From Eledone cirrhosa (Eukaryota): 64,000 nt of DNA. Shown piece after piece: positions 37,152-51,400 of the stretch. The translations under genes and the position numbers were made by a program. The notes under the pieces are model-generated. The model ran no database searches. It saw only the letters and a list, made by a program, of their open reading frames with translations, and was not told the origin of the DNA. Within the stretch, counting starts at the first letter, position 1. The number at the start of each line of letters is the position of its first letter. The DNA is taken from contig OZ024740.1 in NCBI GenBank assembly GCA_964016885.1, positions 128,960,001 to 129,024,000 on the forward strand, read 5' to 3'.

Positions 37152-40100
37152 ACACAAAAAGTTACACAACAAAAAATACAGACACCACTAAAGCAGACAC
37201 TTCCCCAATAACATCAGCATCAACAGCAACACCGACACCACCCCCACAATCCCCAACCTAGACAAACCGAAGTACAAGTAATTACACAAATACCTGAAAT
37301 TGCAGACACCACACCTACAACAAACATAGACATACCCGAAACAACACCACCAAAACCATTACCACCTCAGTCACCAAAACGAAAACAAATAAAACCACAC
37401 CAACAAAATGTTAAAAACTTCGTGCTAGTCAGAAGGGCCAACGATAAACTGATGGCCCTCTTAGCACGAAGCGAGGACATTTAAACAGAGGGGGAGATTA
37501 TTGAAGTGACCACATTTTGCGTGCCAGAAGATTTTCTTCTGGTCCGAATGTCACTTGATTCCTTCAAAGAAATTCGAGAGAGCTTTCCTCAAGACGTGAG
37601 AACCCCGAATGTGAAACACACATCGAGACTTTTAAAGGGGTTCCGAAAAGAAACACCACCAACCATGGAGGTCGAACCACCCTACCTTCACAAGACCCCG
37701 GGAGGTAAGTAAACCTTCCCTCTCTCTCTTAGCTTACCAATATGGCCATATTTAGAGTAGGAAGTTTAAATGTTCGTGGCCTGGTGTCACCCTGGAAGCA
37801 GGGCCGCCTGCTAAACGATCTCCGGTCGCTGGAAATGGATGTGTTTGCCGTCAGTGAGACCAGAATTTCCAACACGCGCGCACTAGCCCCCATTTTCGAC
37901 GACTATCAGATCTTCACATCTGTTAGCAGGCCGGGAATAGAGGGTGGGGTGGCAGTGCTGTTTAGGAAAGGACTGGAACTCGGGGTAAGGTCGAAATTCC
38001 GGTACCCGGACGGTAAGTTGGTGGTCTCAGATAAGAGCGGTAGCGAAGGTGTTGCCTTTAGACTGCTGGCCGTCTACGCCCCTACAGGCGCCGGACGACC
38101 GGACTTCTTTAGGCGCATGGAGACCTTTCTGGGTACGTCTCGCTCTTTACTGTTAGCGGGGGACTGCAATGGCATCTTAGACGCACTCTGGGATTGTGTG
38201 GGATAGCCGATAGGAGCAGGAGGTGCAAACGCCTCAAGCACCTACTCAGCCAGTTCCAACTGTCTGACAGGTATCGACTAGATTTCCCCAATATGCCTGT
38301 ATGGACATGGACCAACCGAATGCGGTCATCTCGATCGTATATAGATGGGATCTTCATTAGGAAAATAGATAGAAATAGTGTGGGCTGCCCATTTTTTAAA
38401 ACGGTCGCCTATTTAGATCACACATTTGTAATATGTACGGTCGACCTAGATAAAACGCGTAGGTTAGGACCGGGTTAATGGATGCTGAACATGTCATTTC
38501 CGGCATGTAAGGCTTACAGGGACCGAGTCAACAATTTAGTTAAGCAAAAGTTGACAAGGGTGATCATCAACAACAGATGGCGAGGGGCTCTCAAAAGAGG
38601 GATTAGAGTAACTTCGATAGAGTTCAGCAAAGAACTAGCGTCATAGAAAAATAGAAAGGAGGGGAGCTGATAGATAAGTTAGACGAGGCTATTTGTAGTG
38701 GCAATGCAACTGACGTGCTAGCGGCGAGAATGGCATTATACCATTTCTTCAATGCGAAACACGAAGTGCTAAGGCGCGTGCGCTGAGAAACGAGGGAACC
38801 AAAGCCGTTCGATGGCGCAGCGTGGTAATAAAACCACAATTAGGTCTTTGGCGAATCGAGACGGACACGAGATAAGCGATTCCAAGCGGATGTGTGAGGC
38901 CTTTCGCCAGCACTTTGCTCGGTTGTTCGGGGAGAGTGGCGGTTCAGAGAGAGTAGCGGATTTCAGTCCCTACCTTGACGGCTTGCCACGCATCTCGACG
39001 GTCGCCGCTGAGCGCTGCGAAAGGCCGATTACTTCAGCCGAAATTCAGGTCGCCCTTGTCGGCTAAATGAGGCGCAAGTCACCCGGTTTGGATGGCCTGC
39101 CCTACGAGCTCTACGTAAATATGCCAGATTGTTCTCCGAACTCCTCGAAGCACTCTACTGCAACTGGCAGCAGAATGGGAGTATTCCCAGTTCTGTGAGC
39201 AGGGTAGTGGTGACGCTGATAAGGAAAGACGAGAACAAGGGGGATACATTATACAATTTTAGGCCCATAACACTGGTCAACACAGAGTTTAAGATTTTGG
39301 CCAAGGAGTTAGCAAAGAGATTGGTGCTTGTTGTCGAGTATTTGGTTGGGGAGGCGCAGATTTGCGCAATCCCAGCCAGGTCCATACACGACAATCTCCA
39401 CCTCATGCGATACATCATACAGAGGGTAGGGTGTACACCTGGCTTCGGTGGGGCTCTGATCAATTTAGATCAATCGAAAACATTCGATAGGGTGGACCAT
39501 CGGTATCTGGATTTTGTCCTCAAACCAGCTGGCTTCGCCCTGTCTTCAGAAGCGGGATCGCTGCAATGCACAGCGGCACACGCTCGCAAGTAAAGGTTAA
39601 TTTCGGTTCTCCCGATCGGTCCGTCAAGGGTGCCCTCTCTCTTCCCTTCTGTACGTATTGACTCTCGAGCCTTTACTGCGGAAGCTGGAGCTGTTGCAGG
39701 GCATCCCGCTCGAATCGGGAGTGGAAAGGCAGTGTCGGCTTATGCGGACGACATCACCGTGATGGTGTCGAAAACCTCAGAAATCTAGGTGGTCGGCACC
39801 TTATTGAAGGAATATGAAAGGTTGACAGGAGCCAAACTTAACCCAGAAAAGTCGGTGGGCTTGCAGCTCGGAACCTGGAAAGGCAAGCCCATGCCGTCCA
39901 ACAGAGTCGTGGGCCACTGGAAGGACAGACCGGTAAAATTGCTCGGGGTTTGGTTCGGACCAGACCTCCAGGTGGAAAAGAATTGGGACGAGGTAACGAG
40001 CAGAGTAGATAGTTTCAGACAAAAATGGACTGGGAGGAAGCTATCACTGAAAGGTCGCGCGGAGGTGGCGAATGCGTACATCGCGTCCGTCATCTACTAC

Positions 40101-41385
40101 CGCCTGACCGTCGTCCCTTGCCCCCGTCCGCGCCTCTTCAAGTTTGAACGGCTCCTATTCAAATTCTTGGGGTCAAGTTCAGTTGGTGTGGCGGTCCATC
40201 TGCTGCCAGCACCCTCTACGGGGAGGGCTGGGCATACTGTGGCTAATGATACGCAGACATGCGTTGAGGCTGCGACATCTCCAGATATTCTGCCTCAACG
40301 GTGAACAGGTGTCGTCGCCGTTTGTCAGAAGGGCCTTTCCGCAGCTCATTTCTTTGACTGTGCTGCAGTCAAGGGTCAAGAAGAGACCGAGACGGGGTGA
40401 CTGGCACCTGGAATATTGCCAGGCACTCACTGCCCTCTACCAAGCGGGAAATGCGATCAGTGGAACTTCCACTCTCGAGTTCTATAGAGGATTAGTGCTA
40501 GGCAATTGCGATGACGCACTTGGAGAAGCTTTGGGCCTCGACGAAGTCGAAGTGACCAGTCTGTACCGGAGGACTTTTGAGCCGGGGACGATGGACAATT
40601 TCTAGAACTCCCTCGCTTGGCAGTGCTACCGGAGGGGGGTCTTTGCCGGTTCGGGATAAACTCTACAGGCACGGAAGTGCTGTCAGACGGACCTACCCAA
40701 GATGCGCACAGAACGACAAAACCGTTCTGCACGCACTTGTCCAATGTCTGTGCATTACTGACTTGTGGAGTTATGTCGGACAGCTACTGTCTCGTGTGGA
40801 ACGAATCCGGCTATCGGCCGAGTCCATAGTGAAGATCGACCCGCCGCCTTCCTTCGGTCAGGAAACGCAGGAAATTTTCCTCTCTCTGGTGGCAGTTGCG
40901 AAAGTGGTTATATGGTTGACCAGGTTAAAAGGACTGAAGACAGACACTTTTCCCTTGGGCCAATCCATCATCAACTTCTTCAAGTTTCATCTGGAAAGGA
41001 AGGTGAGGGTGAAGAGAGAAGTGCTGGACCCCATACATTTGCTAAAAGGTGGGTGAATGTGGCGAGAATGGCTCGTGTGAATGGGCCTACTTTGACCATG
41101 CGCCTATAGGCTAGCTATCTTGAGGAGAGGGGTGCTCTCCCTGGGTGCACTAGAAGCGCAGGGTGGTTCAGGATTGGTGGGGTACCCGAGTTACCCCAGG
41201 GTCGTCCACCCCTATCGGGGAATTTATATTGTTATATTTATGCATAGTTTATTTTATATTTTTATATCTTCATTGTTAAATTAGTCTTGCCATTGTGCAC
41301 TTTTACTCGACCTTATTGTAAACCCCCACTGTCCTTGTCTTTGTATTGTCCCCTACATGTCGGCCCTTGTGGCTAATAAATGAAA

Positions 41386-41387
<2 letters not shown>
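37152..41387 (+). mobile_element. L1/Tx1-clade LINE copy 3, divergent subfamily, 5'-truncated within ORF1; ORF2 37742-41109 disrupted
   Basis: GSLNVRGL, VSET, NFRPITL, AYADD, different 3' UTR; ends aataaatgaaatc-(ATT)n. Confidence 0.92.
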
Positions 41388-41450
<63 letters not shown>

Positions 41451-41643
41451 GTGGATTGGCAGTGGATTGGCAGTATCGGTAGAGAGTCTGACGCCATACT
41501 TTGCAACAAAATGTTACGGCCCATATGCTCTGAGATCAAATCCCGCCGTGATTAACTTTGCCATTCATCCTTACGAGGTCGATACAATAAAGTACTAGTA
41601 ATACACTGGGATAATTGCTGGCCTTGTACCAAAAGTAGAAACA
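41451..41643 (+). mobile_element. SINE with duplicated 11-nt 5' end
   Basis: gtggattggca twice, then the same body as 12338-12520; flanked by ATT. Confidence 0.9.
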
Positions 41644-41759
41644 ATTATTATTATTATCAATATTGTGTATAAAATTAATACTATTTTTTTCTACATATTC
41701 AATATTATTTTTATATCCTGAATAATATATCCTTGGAATAATTAATAAAAACATAATAG

Positions 41760-43460
41760 ATAGGATTTTGCCAATATTAAAATTGGTGAAGGCTTAACTT
41801 ATGGAAGGACACTAGTGAAGTCATAGATTGGTTCAATAATATCGGAAAATAAAAACAAATCATAAATTCATTCAAATGGACATAGCGAGATATTACTCCT
41901 CAATAACGCCTAACCTTTTAAATAAGGCGCTTTCGTATGCATATAAACACACTAATCTATCTATTGACGAGATTAATATTATGTTAACGGCAAGGAGAAC
42001 CTTGATTGATTTTAATAATGATTTTTGGACTCGATTGGATAGGCAGAAACATTTCGACATTAATATGGGCTCGTCCAATTCGGCGCAAGTTACCAATCTT
42101 GTGGGAATTTTCATCCTTAATACGATACATAGAAAACTGCCGGAGATTACCGGTGGTTTATATAGAGATGACATATTATGTATTGTAGTTAAACATAATA
42201 ATAGCGAATTAAATAGAGTAAAGGAAGTAATTATAGAATTCTTTAAAAATTATGACCTGAAATTAAAAGTAGAAAATAATTACCCTTTCCACAAACTCAA
42301 TGAAACCCAAATTATGTTAGCTTTTACTCTAATCATCCTACAAGTGTTAAAAATGCAATAGTAAATAGTGTCCAACAACGAATATCCAGAATATCTGCTA
42401 ACAGATCCATTTTTAATAGTAAAGCTGGATATTATAATGAAGCGTTACTTAAAGCAGGATATAAAAATAATATTGAATATGTAGAAAAAAATAATATTAA
42501 TTATAAACACAATATTCATAATAATAATAAAAAAAATAAAACTGACTGTAAAAATAACAACTTGAGGAATAAAGAGGGGAAACATTAGGACTAGATCTAT
42601 AATTTGGTATGCCCCACCAGCATCTTTAGCTATTAAAACACCTTTAGCACATTTATTTTTTAAAGCGTTGGATAAATGTTTCCCTAGATCACATAAGTAT
42701 TACTCTAAGTTAAGTAGACACACAGTTAAACTCTCTTATTCTACAACTATGCTCTAAATTGCTCAAAATATTGCTAAAAAATTGCTCAAAATATTGCAAA
42801 AATTAATAGCAAAATTCTAATTTAAACCGGCATATAATTAGCGATAATAACAATAATAATAATACATTATATAATGTGAATAACAATAACAATAGTTTAA
42901 ATACGAATAATAGTAGAACACCTAGAAATAACAATGATTATACGAATAGTTTAGGTTATAGAAATAACATAGAATTGATCTGTAACTGTAGAAGGAATTC
43001 TGAATGCCCTTTACAAAATAATTGCCTTTATAAGAATTTAGTATATAAATGTACCATTAAGACAAATAATAATTATACTTAGAACTACATCATCGAACTT
43101 TAAGTTTCGCTTTTTCAATGATAAGCATTCTTTCTCAAATCCAGATAAAACATTTTCTACTTCATCATCACAATTAATATGGTCTTTAAAAGAGAAAAAT
43201 ATCAAATGCTCAATTTCTTGGAGTAAACTTAAGATCTCTGATTCCTATCGGATCGCTTCAATTTCTACCAAAATGCAATCTTTGCAATTTAGAAACTCTA
43301 TTTATAATTACCAATCATGGTAATTTAATTAATAAAAAAAATGAATTATTTGGAACTTGTCTACATAAGTCTGGAAAGACATTTCAAGCATTATACAAAT
43401 TTAGAAAAAAATACTGACTAAGAAGAAAAAAATATTCACTATTATTAATAATTCTTGAAA

Positions 43461-43506
<46 letters not shown>

Positions 43507-44350
43507 ATGTTTTGCCTTACCTTCAAACTTGTATATCGTCTGTATATAGTAAATTAATCTCATGATGTGACTCAGTATCCTAAGTTCGGATTTATAATGG
43601 TCATTGTATAACCAGACATTTCTGAATTTGCGGTTTGAAATATCTTTTGGCGTTCAAAGCACTTAGATAATATATATATCAGGTTGAGCGTGCTCGGACT
43701 TCTACGACACGTCTCTCATAGCGTTTTCCAGTTCTTCCGCAGTGCATCCAGTATCGTCCTCAAGTTGCTTGATGTATGTCTTCTTGGGACGACCAGCATT
43801 TCTTGCTCCATGAGATGGACTCCATAACAATAAATCGCCTGCTATTTCTTCCTTGCTGCGCCAACAGTGGCCAGCAAATCCAAGTCTCTGTTTACGTATT
43901 GACTTGCTGATAGGTGGTATATTGCCATTGAGATCCTTATTTGTTGGGTGTTCCCTCCAAGATACGTTTAAAGCAGCACGGAGTTTTATTATTATCTGAA
44001 TTATTATTTTTTTCATTATAACCCGGCGATATTATCAAGCAAGTTGACGACTTCAAATACGTGGGTAGCTATATCGCCTCCACAGAACATGATGTGAACA
44101 TCAGACTGGGAAAAAGCCTGGGGAGCATTGAATACAATGGAACAAATATGGAAATCAAACCTGCCGGCCAAACTGAAAAGGAATTTCTTCAGAGCTGCTC
44201 TGGAATCTGTGCTTGATTATGGCTCTATCACTTGGACGCTAATGTCAAAATTAGATAATATAAATGATCACATAAGTTGTACGGATTATGTTCCTTTGTT
44301 TACATTCTTCGTAAATAATTTTCGTTCTATCCAAATGGATTAATAATGTA
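41760..44350 (+). mobile_element. AT-rich Penelope-like element (RT + Cys-rich GIY-YIG remnant, possibly Hydra-type), degenerate, with 3' terminal repeat 43320-44350
   Basis: DIARYYSSI, FDINMGS, GLYRDD, IWYAPP, HTVKLSYST, CNCRRNSECPLQNNCLYKNLVYKC, KCNLC, NKKNELFGTCLHK. 41650-41722 is an inverted copy of 42452-42530. Confidence 0.85.
43675..44250 (-). mobile_element. RTE-clade LINE 3' fragment with inverted 5' segment; 12-bp TSD ttagataatata
   Basis: 43679-43985(-) LRAALNVSWREHPTN...FAGHCWR. 44010-44250(+) VDDFKYVGSYI...ESVLDYGSITWTL. TSD at 43663-43674 and 44251-44262. Confidence 0.9.
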
Positions 44351-45507
44351 TATTTAACATGATTTATACAGCTTAATAATATACGAAAAATCCTTAAAGG
44401 GAAACTACATATATTAAGATGTAGTTACAGAAGTGAAATAGAAATAATAATACATTTAAGAGTAAATATAACTACTTGTTGATCCTGTAAGTAAATGACA
44501 ACTAATAAATTGAACTGTTTTTATAATATAAAAAAAAGAATAATTCAGATAATAATTCTAAACATTATAAAAAATGCATATACTGATGGTTGTATGCGGA
44601 TAAGTTGTGGTAAATATCCTTATACATATTTAATAGGTATTTAAAATTGCTTTATAGATAAAAATGTTTTTGAATTTTAGAAGAAAAAATGTAATAAATA
44701 TATTAAACTATGCTTCTGATTATTATAGAAAATATGTTTATATTGTTTAATTTTGATATAATATATTAGTATAATTAGCTTAAACATAACCAAATACAAA
44801 AGATATTAAAACATGTCCTGGTTATTTAATTGGTCGCTTCTATTTGACTTAATATTTGAAAACAATGGTCACGCATCATGTCTCTTTCTTCATTCTTTCT
44901 TTCTTTCTTTCTTTATTTCTTTCTTTCCTTATTACAGTTACGTCTTTCTTCTTCTCTCTTCTAACTATCTCTCTCTCCTTCTTCTCTCTTCTCTTCTTTC
45001 TTCTCTTTTCTTTCTTCTCTTCTATCTATCTCTCTATCTTTCTTTTTCTTCCCTAACACGGATATTTACGCATTTAAATATTAATGTATGTATGCGTTTA
45101 TTTATTTCTTCTTGCATTTTCTCATACTCACCCCCTCCTTATACTTATATCTCGCACCACATTCTCTTCTTCATCATACTTAAGTTTATCATGTTATTAT
45201 TTGTGGTATATAAATGTCGAGATTTAAATCACTGCCAATACTGGAATTGAAACATCAAGACAGTTGAGGTATGTCATACAACAATTCATGTATTTTATCT
45301 GACGAGGACGTACTGAAAAAACAGCACAGAACAATCGAAATATATATAATAAAACAGATATTTTGATTATACGAATGTCTTCATTTATTACTATTTTGAA
45401 TAATATTAATAACTCCAGAAAACGTCTTTGTAGAGTGCTTTTAATCTGTTGTAAAACTATATTCATTGAGTAATAAATGAACCATATTTATCTTTGGTTA
45501 TATATAT

Positions 45508-45589
45508 AGAGAGAGAGAGAAGGAGCGAGGGGGAGAGAGAGAGAATGAGATATATAGGGGGGAGAGAGAGAAAGGGAGAGAGAGAGAGC

Positions 45590-45638
<49 letters not shown>
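45508..45638. repeat. (GA)n microsatellite
   Basis: Direct reading. Confidence 0.95.
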
Positions 45639-45639
<1 letters not shown>

Positions 45640-45854
45640 TGTTTAGAGAAAATTTAAAAGATGGTTTGATATACAAATAATTGAATAAATATGTGAGTAT
45701 GTGTGAGTGTACTTCTACTCGTGTGTATGCTGACTTGCATCGCCTTCTACAACATTCAATTTATAATTCATATTGTTGTGCTATACAACGCTTTATAATA
45801 GAGTTTATTTTAATATGAAAAATCTCTCAGGTAACAAAATATTTCTCTTACACA

Positions 45855-46201
45855 TCATCATCACCATCATCACTCGTCGACTACTGTCGAGATGATGGAT
45901 CTCACTCTCATGCCCCAGAATTCCCTGTGCCCCATCGCTGCTCCCAGGTCCTGTCTACTGATTCCCGTATCCCTAGAGATAACGTCAGGGAATGACAGCT
46001 TCCTACTCCTAGTCAGGCTGGAGTCAGGTTTCCAGAGCAAGAGAGCGGATATGATTTCATTGCTGGCACGGTGACAGTGGCCAGCAAATTGAGCTCTCCG
46101 TGATTTTAGAAGGGCAGAGGCTCGAGGGAGTTTGCCATAGATTTTAGACAAGGTGGGATGTCGTTTTCAGGATAGGTTTTGCACTCTCATTAAGAGGCGG
46201 G
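45855..46201 (-). mobile_element. RTE-clade LINE 3' fragment, (TGA)n tail, TSD ttacaca
   Basis: RRAQFAGHCHRASNEIISALLLWKP; TSD at 45848-45854 and 46202-46208. Confidence 0.88.
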
Positions 46202-47167
46202 TTACACAGTAGAATATGAGGGGTAACATTAACTTAGAAACATATCTGTATGCTTCCAGAAAATGTAAATATTCAATATAAGCATTACATATGTGAATGT
46301 CAGATCAAATATGAATGTTTAAATTGTATAGGTAGTGGGATTTCGGAAAATAAATTGGTGTGCGCAAGAAAATCGTCACGGTGTGGTAAATGATGAAGAA
46401 ATCGAAGACGTATGAAATGACAACAAAATAGAATCAGGTCAACGAAAGCGCAACTAAAATGATAGATAAACGTAAGGATGTAAAGAAATTATACGTCGAG
46501 AAACAGTCAAATGGAAAATGAAAGAGAGACAAAGAAGTTAGGAAGATAATGCACTAGGAGAGTGGGGATATACATATTTAATCGCGTAAATGAAGAAGAC
46601 TGGCTACAAAATTACAATATATTAAAACAACATAAATCACCAATATGAGGTTGCATCACCAAGGGTTAGTTTAGGAACCAGACAGATCAAAAACCAGCAT
46701 CTTAATCGATATAGAAATGAATATATCAACTTAATGACACCGAAATGCCGGTTCTGTTGAATTAATAAGGACTCGCTCACATCTATGCGCGTGCAAACTG
46801 TTAGATGAACAATAGCATAAAAGACAGCGCTCTGTGAGTATCCACGCAGGTCTATGTATAGATTTATTGTTGTAATTTCCTGTGACTTAATCAGTGATTA
46901 ATCAGCGATTTGGAGACTTCTTATATTCCACGCAAGTAAAAAAATATATTTCCCCGTTTCTGATGAAGACAATGAGAAATGTCTAGACTAGAAATAGATA
47001 GGGACATAACCCACTATGTATTAAGCAATATATAGATTTACCATGATCAGTGAACACTCTGAAACGATTGAAACAAAATGAAATAATAAAGAAACTATCT
47101 TCGTTTTTTGGCATATTTTATTGTTCGATACGCAAACATAAACATACACGTATAAATATATGTAGGC

Positions 47168-47391
<224 letters not shown>

Positions 47392-48192
47392 ATCTCGATT
47401 GGAATATTCGATGGAAACTTCGATGAGAGTCTACAAAAAACTATAGATCTCAACGCGTGATCTCGTTGAAATCATTCTACCAACGTTATTTGCCCCACAA
47501 TTACCAGGTGAATAGCAGTGCAGTGTTGCTCCCAGGCCGAAAAATTAACAGACATACTTCAAAACATAATTTTAAAGTTTTAATTCTTTTTTAATTGTAA
47601 TGTTCAATATTTGATATGATGGATTACATCGAAATCTGTAATATTTCCATTATCTTATATACTTTATAAAACTCCTCTTTTCAATAATGTCATTTCGACG
47701 GTTCAACGAAGAAAAGAAGAAAAACAGATTCTTTAAATATACTCCCGTGCTGATTTCATTCCTACTGTGATATATATATATATATATATTCTACAGAGAG
47801 TTACTTAAATATGATATATATACATTAATATGAAGGTAATGTAATAGAACATCCTCATAAGGAATCCCCTGGGTGGAATATCGAAATTATTATGAGTATT
47901 CTTTTTCATTGTTAAAGAAGAATCAATGTTACGATTATGGATAAAAGATATCAATATATCAATATCACATGGTTGTATGTGTTTTGTGAGAGTGTTTTTG
48001 AACGGATGTATATGTGTTTGTGTGTGTATGTGTGGATATTGATAAGCGTATGTATATCTGGTTATATAACATATGTATTCTGTCACATTCACACACACAT
48101 ATACTTGAATATAAATATATATGTTTGGGCATTTCGAAAATGTTTTCCATTTTTCTATCGAAATGTTTAGGCTCAAACAACGGGTATCAGAT

Positions 48193-48233
<41 letters not shown>

Positions 48234-48417
48234 TGTTTCTACTTTTGGCACAAGGCCAGCAATTACCCAGTGCATTACTGGTACTTTATTTTATCCACCC
48301 CGTAAGGATGAAAGACAAAGATAACCTCGGCGGGATTTGAACTCAGAATGGCAAGGGCCGTAACTCTATGCGTCAAAGCATGGCGTACGACCCTCTACTG
48401 ATACTGCCAATCCACCG
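48234..48417 (-). mobile_element. SINE inserted in the tail of Tx1 copy 4
   Basis: Reverse complement of the SINE consensus; (AAT)n on both sides. Confidence 0.9.
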
Positions 48418-48441
48418 AATAATAATAATAATAATAATAAT

Positions 48442-51400
48442 GATTTCTTTATTAACCACAAGGGTTTACATAAAGTAGACATTAAGGACAGTGCAGGACA
48501 ATACAGGACGGTACAAATGGGCATTTCTGCGTGTAAAAAACAAAAACAGAGGATATAAAAAAAAATTACAATGAAAAATTCCCCATTAGGGGGGAGACTT
48601 CGGAGGGACATTTGTGGAGAAAGCCCAGTAAAAGGCCACAGTGACCCTGACCACCAAGGCAAGTGCCCTCTCCCAGTTATCCACCTTTAATTTACAGACT
48701 CATACTCAGAGTAGACCCATTCACTCGGGCCATTCTTGCCTCTCTCACCCATCTTTCAACAAAATGCTGAGAAGAGAGCACTTCCCTTTCTACCCTGATT
48801 TTCCATTTTAAATGAAATTTGAAAAAGTTAATCAGGGCATCACCGAAGAGGTAAGTGCTCGTCTTCAGCCCTTTCAAACGTGTCCACCATACTATCTCTT
48901 TCGCCATGGCCACCAGACAGATAAAAACTGCCTGCCTTTCCCGGCTAAAGGAAGAGGGCAGGGCAATCTTCACGATGGACTCAGCTGATAGCTGGATCCG
49001 TCCTACACGCAACAGCATGTGTTCGACCTAAACCCACAAGTCAGCAATGCTCGGACACTGGACGAGTGCGTGCAGGACGGTTTCGTCGCTCTGCGCGCAT
49101 CTCGAACATGCCCGGCTGACGGCACCTCCATGCCTATAGAGTTTATCCCGAACTGGCAAAGCTCCTTGGTAGCACTGCCAGGCCAGGGATTTCTGGAAGT
49201 TGTCCATAGGCCCCGGCCCGAAAGTTCTTTCGAAGAAATTGGCTAGTTGATTTTCGTCGACGCCTAGAGTTTTCCCAAGTACGTCGTCGCTCTTCCCCTC
49301 CACTAATCCTCTATAGAACGCGAAGGTGGAGTTTCCACCGATCACATTGCCCGATTGGTCGAGGGCTGTGGGCGCCTGAAGACATTCTAGTCTTCAAGCG
49401 CTCCCTCTCGGTCTTCGCTTGACCCAGGACTGCAGCTCCGTCAAGGAGACGAGCTGAGGAAAGACGCGTCTAGCAAACGGAGACCACACCTGATCACCGT
49501 CGAGGAAGAGGTGGAGTTGTCGTAGCCTGAGCGCCTGTCTGCGCATCATCAGCCACGGCATTCCCAGCCTTCCACGTAGCGGGTGTTGACAGCAGATGGA
49601 CCGTCTGACCATCGGAGCGCGTCTCTTCCACAAAAAGCGAAAGAGCAAACGCTCCAGCGCAGGGGCTTAGGACAAGATACGACGTTCAGGCGGTAGTAGA
49701 TGACGGATGCGATGTACGCATTCGCCACCTCCGCTCGACCTTTCAGGGATAGCTTCTTCTCGGCCCATTTCTGGGTGAGAGAACCCAACATGTTCGTCAC
49801 CTCGTCCCAGTTTTTGTCCGTCTAGAGATCCGGACCAAACGAGACCCCGAGCAATTTAACTGGTCCGTCCGTCCAGCGCCCGATGACGCTGTTGGACGGC
49901 ATGGAGCTGCCTCTCCAGGTGCCGAGCTGTAGGCCCACTGGCTTTTCTTGTTGATCATTGCTCCTGTCACCGCTTCGTATTCTCTTAGTGTAGTGCCGAT
50001 CGCCTCGATGTTTTTGGCGTTCGACACCACTACGGTGACATCGTTCGCATATGCTGACACGGATCTTCCGCATCATAGTTCGCCAGGGACCCCCCTCAAT
50101 GTCTCCAGTTTGTGCAGTAATGGCTCGAGAGTCAATACGTACAAGAGGGACGAGAGGGGACATCCTTGGCGGGCCGAGCGCATGATGTTGAACGCTTCCG
50201 AAAGGTGACCGTTCACTCTCACCACAGAGCAGATGTCGCTGTGCATGGCAGCGATCCAGCCTCTGAAGACGGGCCCAAAGCCAGTTGCCCTCAGGACTGC
50301 CGCTAGGTAACGATCGTCGGACTACCGAAAGCTTTTGACTGATCTAAATTGATCAAGGACCCACCCGTCCCGGGTTCCCTAGCTACCCTCTCTACGATGT
50401 ATCGCATGAGGTGGAGGTTGTCGTGGATGGATCTGTCCGGAATGGCACATGTCTGCGCCTCTCCCACCAGAAACCAACGATAAGCGCCAACCTCTTTGCT
50501 AGCACTTTGGCCAAAATCTTGAACACTATGTTTAGCAGAGTTATTGGCCTAAAATTATATATGTTATCCCACTTGTTCGGATCCTTTCTCAGCAGTGCCA
50601 CAGCTTCTCGGCTCACAGAGCTGGGAATTCTGGCGTTCTGTTGCCAGTTGCAGTAGACGCCCACCAAGAGGCCTCCGAACAAGTCTGGCATCTGTACGTA
50701 AAGTTCATAGGGCAGACCATCCAAACCAGGCGATTTACCCCTTGTACAGCTATTCATTGCCTCCCGTACTTCAGCGGCTGTTATCGGCTTTTCGCAACAC
50801 TCCATCTCAGTGGCCGAGAGCCGCGGCAGTCCGTCGAGGTAGACACTAAAGTCCATCTCTCGATCCGGCCCGCCGCTGACCCGGAACAACTGAGTGAAGT
50901 GTCGCTGAAAAGCTTCACACATTTGCCCGGGATCGAGTAGCATGTGCCCGTCGTGGTCCACCAAAGACCGGATCGTGCGTTTGTTGCCACGACGCGCCTC
51001 CGCCACTCGTGCCCATTGAACGGCTTTCTTCCCCTCGTGTCTGAGAGCACGCACCCTAGCTCTGACAACGCAGCCTTCGTGCTTTCCATTGATGAATTGT
51101 TCAAGGGCCAATTTCGCAGCAAGTACGTCGGTCGCGATGCCTTTGCTAAGTGCCTCGTCTAATTTTCTAACTAATTCTCCCTCCCTCTATTTTTATCTAT
51201 TGCTAAAGCCTTACTAAACCTAATGGACGCTATTCTAATTGCTCTTTTAGGAGCAAATCACCACTTGTTGCTGACAATGCCCCCCGTCAACGCCCGCTTA
51301 ACTAGTTCGCTAATCCGGTCTCTGTAGGCCTTTCGCGCTGGTAAGGACGCGTTTAGCTTCCAGTAGCCAAGTCCACGTGTATCTAAGTCAAGCACACAGA

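Noticed and set aside
45224-45466. Minus-strand ORF with a strong internal acceptor (gctgttttttcag)
   Set aside because: No convincing donor or recognisable protein; cannot be distinguished from chance in AT-rich DNA.
46957-46995. CTGATGA-AGACA...TGTCT motif as a hammerhead
   Set aside because: GAAA does not follow stem II in register; at best a decayed remnant.
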